Positions 7,425-12,273 of a stretch of DNA of 12,273 nucleotides are shown here, in pieces. Positions within the stretch are counted from its first letter, which is position 1. Every line of letters begins with the position of its first letter. The stretch is from Promethearchaeati archaeon (GTDB lineage Archaea > Asgardarchaeota > Heimdallarchaeia > Heimdallarchaeales > Heimdallarchaeaceae). The stretch is from positions 1-12,273 of the forward strand of contig JABLTJ010000050.1 in assembly GCA_013166775.1 (NCBI GenBank), written 5' to 3'. The notes beneath the pieces were generated by a model. The model saw only the letters and a list, made by a program, of their open reading frames with translations, was not told the origin of the DNA and ran no database searches. Made by a program: the position numbers and the translations under genes.

Positions 7425-7829
7425 TTATGTAAAATATCTTCCCATTACGTAAGCCCCAAGAAACATGCCAGCAATACCGATTAAAGCTGGAAGATTCCCA
7501 ATTCCAAGACTTGCCATAGCTGATCCAGGACATAACCCTGAGATTCCCCAACCTACGCCAAAAATTATTGCACCAATAATTGTCCTTTTGGTTAATGTTC
7601 GGGTTCTTTTCTTGAATACGCCACCCAATATTGGTTTTTTCAAGACTTTGGGTACAATATTGATTGTTAGTGCTGTTACTAGAGCTGATCCGCCAAGTAG
7701 TAACAGTAATCCCAGATCTTTTAATTGTAAGAAGCTTAGAACAATTTCTTGTTTTGACATTCCACCGAAGGCTAAGCCAAAACCAAAGAATATTCCCCCT
7801 ATAAACACAAAAACATGTTTTGATTTCAA
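7425..7829 (-). CDS. YeeE/YedE (thiosulfate/sulfur transporter) family half-size subunit, PmpB/DUF6691-like
   Basis: 'GGIFFGFGLAFGGM...V.SFL...D', 'GAIIFGVGWGISGLCPG' and 'GMFLG'. The probable TTG start at 7829 overlaps the upstream TGA stop (TTGA), which suggests translational coupling. Confidence 0.88.
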   Translation of the reverse strand: MKSKHVFVFIGGIFFGFGLAFGGMSKQEIVLSFLQLKDLGLLLLLGGSALVTALTINIVPKVLKKPILGGVFKKRTRTLTKRTIIGAIIFGVGWGISGLCPGSAMASLGIGNLPALIGIAGMFLGAYVMGRYFT

Positions 7830-8287
7830 GGAAATACCCCCAGACTTTGGATAACAAGTGCAGTCAATATTCCAACGGTTATGAAAGTGAGTACAGCAAA
7901 AAGTGAAGTTGTAGATAGTGACGCTAAACCGCTTATACCATGTCCAGAAGTGCACCCTTTAGAAAGTCTTGTTCCAAATCCTACAAGAAAACCCCCAATT
8001 GCAAGTCTCCACCATTCTACTGATGTTGTGAAGAAACCTTCTGCCGCTAATGTTATTGTGTAAATGAATGCACCTAAAATAACTCCTACAGCAAAGGTGA
8101 TACGCCATCCTCTAGAATCGAGATACTGTTTTTGAAGAAAGTATGGTCTTTTAGAAAAAAAGGATATTGTAGTACCAAAGAAACTGCTTTGTGTTGCATG
8201 GAGTCCTGTTACAATGTAAATAAAACTTACACCCACGCCTATTAATATTCCACCAATAATATATGGAAAAAAACCTAAGGGAAACAT
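7826..8287 (-). CDS. YeeE/YedE family half-size subunit, PmpA-like
   Basis: 'IGGILIGVG', 'WRITF..G.ILG' and 'GGFLVGFGTRLSKGCTSGHGISG'. Probable start ATG 8287 (MFPLG); alternative TTG 8314. Confidence 0.9.
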   Translation of the reverse strand: MFPLGFFPYIIGGILIGVGVSFIYIVTGLHATQSSFFGTTISFFSKRPYFLQKQYLDSRGWRITFAVGVILGAFIYTITLAAEGFFTTSVEWWRLAIGGFLVGFGTRLSKGCTSGHGISGLASLSTTSLFAVLTFITVGILTALVIQSLGVFP

Positions 8288-8374
8288 AAAATAATGTATC
8301 AATCGACTTTTCAAATAAGCTTTTGCATAACCAAAAATCTACAAAAACCAAAATCTAATAACAAATTCCATATT

Positions 8375-8391
8375 ATAATCATGATGATTAT
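8375..8391. promoter_or_regulatory. Perfect 8-1-8 inverted repeat in the divergent promoter region; candidate operator
   Basis: ATAATCAT-G-ATGATTAT sits about midway between the yeeE-like start (8287) and the MBL-rhodanese start (8460). Confidence 0.5.
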
Positions 8392-8416
8392 TTTCGATTT
8401 CCGCAGTCAATGTGAT

Positions 8417-8432
8417 AATTAATATATTAATT
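8417..8432. promoter_or_regulatory. AT-only 16-bp palindrome at the expected TATA position of the MBL-rhodanese gene
   Basis: AATTAATA-TATTAATT ends 27 nt upstream of ATG 8460. Confidence 0.4.
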
Positions 8433-8459
8433 CAATAAATTTACTAATAGGCGTTAGTT

Positions 8460-9830
8460 ATGTTGATTAAAAAAGTTAAATCTGAAGGGCTATCTCACAA
8501 TTCATATTTCGTAGGTTCAGAAAATGAAGCAATAGTAATTGATCCAAGGCGAGATTGCCAAATTTTTATAGATATAGCTCAGCAAGAAGAGATGACGATC
8601 AAAGGGATTTATGAAACACACAGAAATGAAGATTATGTGATTGGTTCTATTGAACTAGCACAACGCACTGGAGCGGGGATCTATCATGGATCAAAACTAG
8701 ACTTCAAATATGGTCAACAATTACAGGATAGACAAGAATTCTTTTTTGGAAAAATCAAATTAATTTCATTAGAGACGCCTGGCCACACAGATGAAAGCAT
8801 GTCTTATGCTTTAGCTGATCTAGACCTAAGCGAAGAACCAATAATGGTATTTACTGGAGATACATTATTTGTTGGAGACGTTGGACGCACAGACTTATAT
8901 GGACCTAATGAAGCTCAACGATTAACTGAAGCCCTTTATGATAGTATTTTTAACAAACTATTACCTCTTGGAGATGACGTGCTTATTTTTCCTGCCCATG
9001 GTGCCGGTTCAGTTTGTGGAGGAGACATAAGTCAACGAGAAGACAGCACCTTAGGAATAGAAAGAACCTTTAATCCACTTCTACAGAAAACACGAAAAGA
9101 GTTCATAAATCATAAAACTACTGAACGCCATACTCGTCCCCCTTACTTTTTAAAAATGGAAAAATATAATTTAGAAGGTCCACCAATATTCAACAAGTTA
9201 CCAACGCCCCCACCTCTTATGCCAAAAACCTTCTTAAAACAAATGAAACTCGGCGCCGTTATAGTGGACACTCGTCAACCCCCATCATTTGGTGGAGCGC
9301 ATTTAAAAAACTCCTATAGTATTTGGTTGGAAAGAATTCCTTCGTATGCAGGTTGGACTCTACCATACGATAAACCAATTCTCTTAATTTTGGAGGACAA
9401 AACTTACCTAAATAAAGCTGTTTGCTACCTTTACCGACTAGGCTATGATAATTTAACAGGATATCTTGTGGGAGGGATAGAAGGCTGGTACAAACAGTCT
9501 TTACCCTTGGAACATTTTGGGTCAATTTCTGTACATGAACTAAAAAATTGGTTAAACCAAAAAGATGACTTGTTCATATTAGATGTTAGAGAAGATGAAA
9601 AGTGGGATCAAGGGCACATCTCAGGATCTATTAATATCTTTTCAGGATACCTTGAAAACCGGATTGAAGAATTACCAAGGGGTCGCCCAATCATAGTGTT
9701 CTGCAATGTGGGAAATCGTGCTAGCTTAGCAGCAAGCATTCTGACTCGAGCAGGATTTCAAGACGTCCACAATGTGCTCGGTGGTATGATTGCTTGGAAG
9801 AACGCTGGTTATGAAATTACCACCTTATGA
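8460..9830 (+). CDS. MBL-fold persulfide-dioxygenase-like domain fused to pseudo-rhodanese and rhodanese domains (CstB-like architecture)
   Basis: 'IDPRRD', 'ETHRNED' (H54), 'TPGHT' (H109), 'FTGDTLFVGDVGRTDL' (D134) and 'PAHGAGSVCG' (C186). The middle rhodanese-like domain lacks the active-site Cys. The C-terminal rhodanese has 'LDVRE..W..GHI.GS', 'FCNVGNRA' (C415) and 'GGMIAW'. Confidence 0.92.
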   Translation: MLIKKVKSEGLSHNSYFVGSENEAIVIDPRRDCQIFIDIAQQEEMTIKGIYETHRNEDYVIGSIELAQRTGAGIYHGSKLDFKYGQQLQDRQEFFFGKIKLISLETPGHTDESMSYALADLDLSEEPIMVFTGDTLFVGDVGRTDLYGPNEAQRLTEALYDSIFNKLLPLGDDVLIFPAHGAGSVCGGDISQREDSTLGIERTFNPLLQKTRKEFINHKTTERHTRPPYFLKMEKYNLEGPPIFNKLPTPPPLMPKTFLKQMKLGAVIVDTRQPPSFGGAHLKNSYSIWLERIPSYAGWTLPYDKPILLILEDKTYLNKAVCYLYRLGYDNLTGYLVGGIEGWYKQSLPLEHFGSISVHELKNWLNQKDDLFILDVREDEKWDQGHISGSINIFSGYLENRIEELPRGRPIIVFCNVGNRASLAASILTRAGFQDVHNVLGGMIAWKNAGYEITTL

Positions 9831-9856
9831 ATATGTACACTATAATTAATCGACCA

Positions 9857-10843
9857 TTATTTCCAGTAATCTTTTCCATCACAGTAGCTTATCATTAAAT
9901 CAATATCAACAAGTTCTTTTGGATAGGGCTCAAAAAAGGATTGACTTAACAAATAATCGTCTTTGAACCTTAAAAGCCATGAAGTGGAAATTCCCGTAAG
10001 TACACTTAAAGGAATAACCCCTGATTTATAATCATCCAATGATTTCAAGAAAAATTCTTTCTCTTCACCAGAAAGGCTCTTCGAAAAATAGCCCATACTG
10101 TTCATTAAAACATTAATTTGAGAACCACATCTAGGAGCACGTTTCAAAGCCTGTAAAAGATGTTTTTCATAATCCGTAATCAATTTAACTATATTGTATT
10201 GATCTCTTTTAGCAACTATTCTTCCGAGAATCCTCATTTCTTTTTCGTTATACGCCTTAAGCAATAACTTATTTTCTGAGTGAAAGTTTAGAACATCTTT
10301 ACTTGATTTTGATCTTTTGACGTCTCTAAACTTAGCTAACGTGTAAAGTTTTGTAAGGAAATTGCTCTTTATGTTTGGATTTCTAAGTCTGCCTTCATCT
10401 TCTATTGCTAAATGAGAAAATCTTTCCAAAACAGCCATTCCGAAAAATCCTGGACCTTTACCCCTTAATGCATCACCTGGATTTGGACCAGAATATCTTT
10501 TCGCATCCTTTATGGCACTCGTTGGTGATCGCCCTTTTAATATGAAGCCATCCACTTCAGGTAAAGAATCTAAAAAGGAATTTACAAAGGCATCCATCTT
10601 TTCAGTGAAATCTAACCCCGTTTTCGGTTGAATAAGCTTCATTTTATCTTCTTTCATAACAATGCGTAATGCATCTCTAGGTGTTCCTAAACCTATCTCA
10701 ACTTCAGGACAAACAGATATTAAATTGACATGTGGAATGAGCTGTTTAACAACATCACTGGCAATCTTCAACCCATTGTATCGGCATGGTTCAATCTCAA
10801 TACATCTACTAACAACAACTGTTGGAGTAACAAAATCTCTCAT
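9857..10843 (-). CDS. DUF523 (TudS thiouracil-desulfidase-like) plus DUF1722 (YbgA) fusion protein
   Basis: N-domain 'VVSRC....CRYNG', 'VCPEVEIGLGTPR', 'GFILKGRSPT', 'G.GFF' and 'EDEGRL'. C-domain 'FHSENKLLL.AY', 'NVL....GYF' and 'YL..Q.FFEPYP'. Confidence 0.92.
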   Translation of the reverse strand: MRDFVTPTVVVSRCIEIEPCRYNGLKIASDVVKQLIPHVNLISVCPEVEIGLGTPRDALRIVMKEDKMKLIQPKTGLDFTEKMDAFVNSFLDSLPEVDGFILKGRSPTSAIKDAKRYSGPNPGDALRGKGPGFFGMAVLERFSHLAIEDEGRLRNPNIKSNFLTKLYTLAKFRDVKRSKSSKDVLNFHSENKLLLKAYNEKEMRILGRIVAKRDQYNIVKLITDYEKHLLQALKRAPRCGSQINVLMNSMGYFSKSLSGEEKEFFLKSLDDYKSGVIPLSVLTGISTSWLLRFKDDYLLSQSFFEPYPKELVDIDLMISYCDGKDYWK

Positions 10844-10968
10844 AACAAAATCAACTTACAATAATCTGTTTTGGATATAAGAAGGTAACCATGAACAGAC
10901 AATAATACATCACTAAGATAATTTCTATAAAAAAGGGAATTAATAAATACGTCTTTTAATGGTCAGTG

Positions 10969-11151
10969 TTATTCTTTCTTTTCCATTAGTGCTATCACGA
11001 CAGCGCCTATTCCGATGATGATTTTTAGCACTGCATGCCATTCTGGTTCTGTTCCCATGTCAGAAACCCCGGGCAGACCTGCAATCCCCATCACAAGAAG
11101 TAAAATACCCACGATAATTAAAGTTAATTTACAATATTTCACAGTTTTCAC
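10969..11151 (-). CDS. Small two-helix membrane protein (60 aa), function unknown
   Basis: Two clear hydrophobic segments flank the loop 'SDMGTEPEWHA', followed by a charged tail. It has a GTG start and fills an intergenic gap without overlap. Confidence 0.7.
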   Translation of the reverse strand: MKTVKYCKLTLIIVGILLLVMGIAGLPGVSDMGTEPEWHAVLKIIIGIGAVVIALMEKKE

Positions 11152-11295
11152 CCCCTAAACTGCTTTAGATACTTGTTTAGAATGCTTTATTTTTAATACT
11201 TTCCGTATGTATAGCAAATTATAGGGAAAGGTTTAATTGAATATTTATCCTTTTTATTAGATGCTGAAAAGCATTTTTTGGGGAGGTGGAGTATT

Positions 11296-11394
11296 TTGAA
11301 GTGTGGACTTTGTGGAAAAGAAGTCGATAAACAGCCTATGATAACATCTGAAGGTAAATGTTCAGTTTGTGGTGCAAAACTCAAACCAGCATAA
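11296..11394 (+). CDS. 32-aa C4 zinc-finger/zinc-ribbon microprotein (not in the ORF track)
   Basis: TTG start gives MKCGLCGKEVDKQPMITSEGKCSVCGAKLKPA* with two CxxCG knuckles. A strong SD (GGAGGTG, 11282-11288) lies 7 nt upstream, and a hairpin plus T-tract lies downstream. Confidence 0.8.
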   Translation: MKCGLCGKEVDKQPMITSEGKCSVCGAKLKPA

Positions 11395-11420
11395 AGCAAT
11401 CAATCAAAAAGAATAAAGTT

Positions 11421-11480
11421 TGAGTGATTTTTTTCACTCACAATCTTTCTTTTTTTTAAAAAAGGGGGGAATTTTTTTTG
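11421..11480. terminator. Likely bidirectional terminator region between the convergent zinc-finger and heliorhodopsin genes
   Basis: Inverted repeat TGAGTGA-T6-TCACTCA (11421-11440) is followed by plus-strand T-tracts. The minus strand reads CCCCCCTTTTTT shortly after the heliorhodopsin stop. Confidence 0.55.
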
Positions 11481-11487
11481 GGGTTTA

Positions 11488-12273
11488 TTAGAATGGTGCG
11501 AAGATTCCTATGAATACTAGCCACGCTAAGATTGATTTTGCTACAAAGCTTAGAATGATATAGAATCTTTCTCCGTATAGATAGTCTTTCCAACGACTAA
11601 CACCTTTGTATTGTAATACCATGTTAAGGGCAAAGATGTTGAAGACAATGAAGTATATGAAAAGAATCATGTAAACAAAGGTAGGTATTTCTGCGTTTAT
11701 TGAAGAAAGTGCTCCAATGAAGTATGCGTAGAGGACGATCCATGGGAGTCCACCGGAAATACATCCGAGTATGAAAGAAGTCCAGTTTGTTTTTTCGGTT
11801 TTTTGGTTTATCAGTTCCATTAAGTATCCGAACATTATCATCATTGCGTTTAATACGAAGATCATTGTCAAAGACCAGAAATCCCATACGCCCAAAAAAA
11901 GGGCAATTAGCACTATCATTATTGAGCTAGAGAATGCATATTCATACCATCGGTATGGATTCATTCCTTTCTTCAGGTTCTCATTGTATTTATCATTCTT
12001 AATGAATGCAATGATAAAATGAGCTAATGCTGAAAGTAATGGAAAAGATGCTACAATAACTCCAAGATACCCGATTGTAACCAAGACTTGTGGGTCAGGA
12101 GTGACATCTATTCGAAATGGTGGACCTTCAATTATTGTAAATTTTGTGTAGAAAGTATAAAGACTACGTTCCCACTCGAGCTGAGTTCCTAGGACAAGCA
12201 TTAATATTCCTTGGATTAGATGTAGCACAAAAGCAGCTGCATTGAAGCGTTTCAGATATTTGAAGGAAATCGG
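11488..12273 (-). CDS. heR: Heliorhodopsin; 5'-truncated by the window edge
   Basis: The frame is open to the window end (PISFKYLKRFNAAAFVLHLIQG...). It has TM1 His 'LHLIQ', TM2 'SALAHF', TM3 'NPYRWYEYAFSSSIM' (counterion Glu), 'FGYLME', and TM7 'GERFYIILSFVAKSILAW' with the retinal-binding Lys. Confidence 0.95.
   Translation of the reverse strand, partial: PISFKYLKRFNAAAFVLHLIQGILMLVLGTQLEWERSLYTFYTKFTIIEGPPFRIDVTPDPQVLVTIGYLGVIVASFPLLSALAHFIIAFIKNDKYNENLKKGMNPYRWYEYAFSSSIMIVLIALFLGVWDFWSLTMIFVLNAMMIMFGYLMELINQKTEKTNWTSFILGCISGGLPWIVLYAYFIGALSSINAEIPTFVYMILFIYFIVFNIFALNMVLQYKGVSRWKDYLYGERFYIILSFVAKSILAWLVFIGIFAPF

Noticed and set aside
7372-7857. Long N-terminal extension of the thioredoxin ORF (275 aa), suggesting a fusion or overlapping gene
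   Set aside because: It is an alternative frame of the YeeE-like gene with no protein-like features. The thioredoxin fold starts at ATG 7371.
7830-7955. N-terminal extension of the second YeeE-like ORF, or a frameshifted single yeeE gene
   Set aside because: It overlaps the upstream gene out of frame. A clean TTGA coupling and the known two-gene family organisation explain it without a frameshift.
5478-9830. Canonical Sox sulfur-oxidation pathway, or assigning the symbols soxB/cstB
   Set aside because: There are no SoxYZ, SoxAX, SoxCD or CxxCH cytochromes in the window and no export signal. Orthology cannot be shown without a phylogeny.
11193-11399. 68-aa minus-strand ORF
   Set aside because: It is the antisense shadow of the zinc-finger microprotein, which has the SD and the Cys motifs.
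234-12022. Short nested or antisense ORFs (234-419, 862-1143, 2283-2528, 2485-2688, 3913-4299, 4561-4746, 5023-5298, 5716-5916, 7055-7252, 7465-7854, 7881-8063, 8151-8351, 9259-9525, 10662-10880, 11624-11887, 11771-12022)
   Set aside because: They overlap better-supported genes and have no recognisable motifs.

Overview
This is an archaeal window. The evidence is an intron-containing tRNA, BRE/TATA-type promoters and an archaeal-type integrase remnant; the gene style suggests Bathyarchaeia, which is inference only. It has three zones. (1) 1-3440 is a decayed integration hotspot: the 3' end of an aldehyde:ferredoxin oxidoreductase gene, two degenerate copies of a tRNA-Glu 3' end bracketing a truncated isochorismatase-family gene and an intact CofE-like ligase gene, the intact tRNA-Glu(CTC) with a 19-nt intron, a relic membrane-anchor tail and a C-terminal tyrosine-integrase fragment. 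(2) 3578-9830 is a compact sulfur-handling cluster: a YeiH-type putative sulfate exporter, a DUF202 protein, a signal-peptide-less SoxB-like hydrolase, a thioredoxin, a split YeeE/YedE pair and a divergent CstB-like MBL-rhodanese fusion. No SoxYZ, SoxAX or SoxCD genes occur in the window. This is the best candidate for an undescribed system: cytoplasmic, SoxY-independent thiosulfate processing. (3) 9857-12273 holds a DUF523-DUF1722 (TudS/RudS/YbgA-like) gene with a Cys-to-Ser change at an expected Fe-S ligand, a small membrane protein, a 32-aa zinc-finger microprotein missed by the ORF track, and a heliorhodopsin running off the window end. All family calls come from recognising motifs by eye; no database searches were run.
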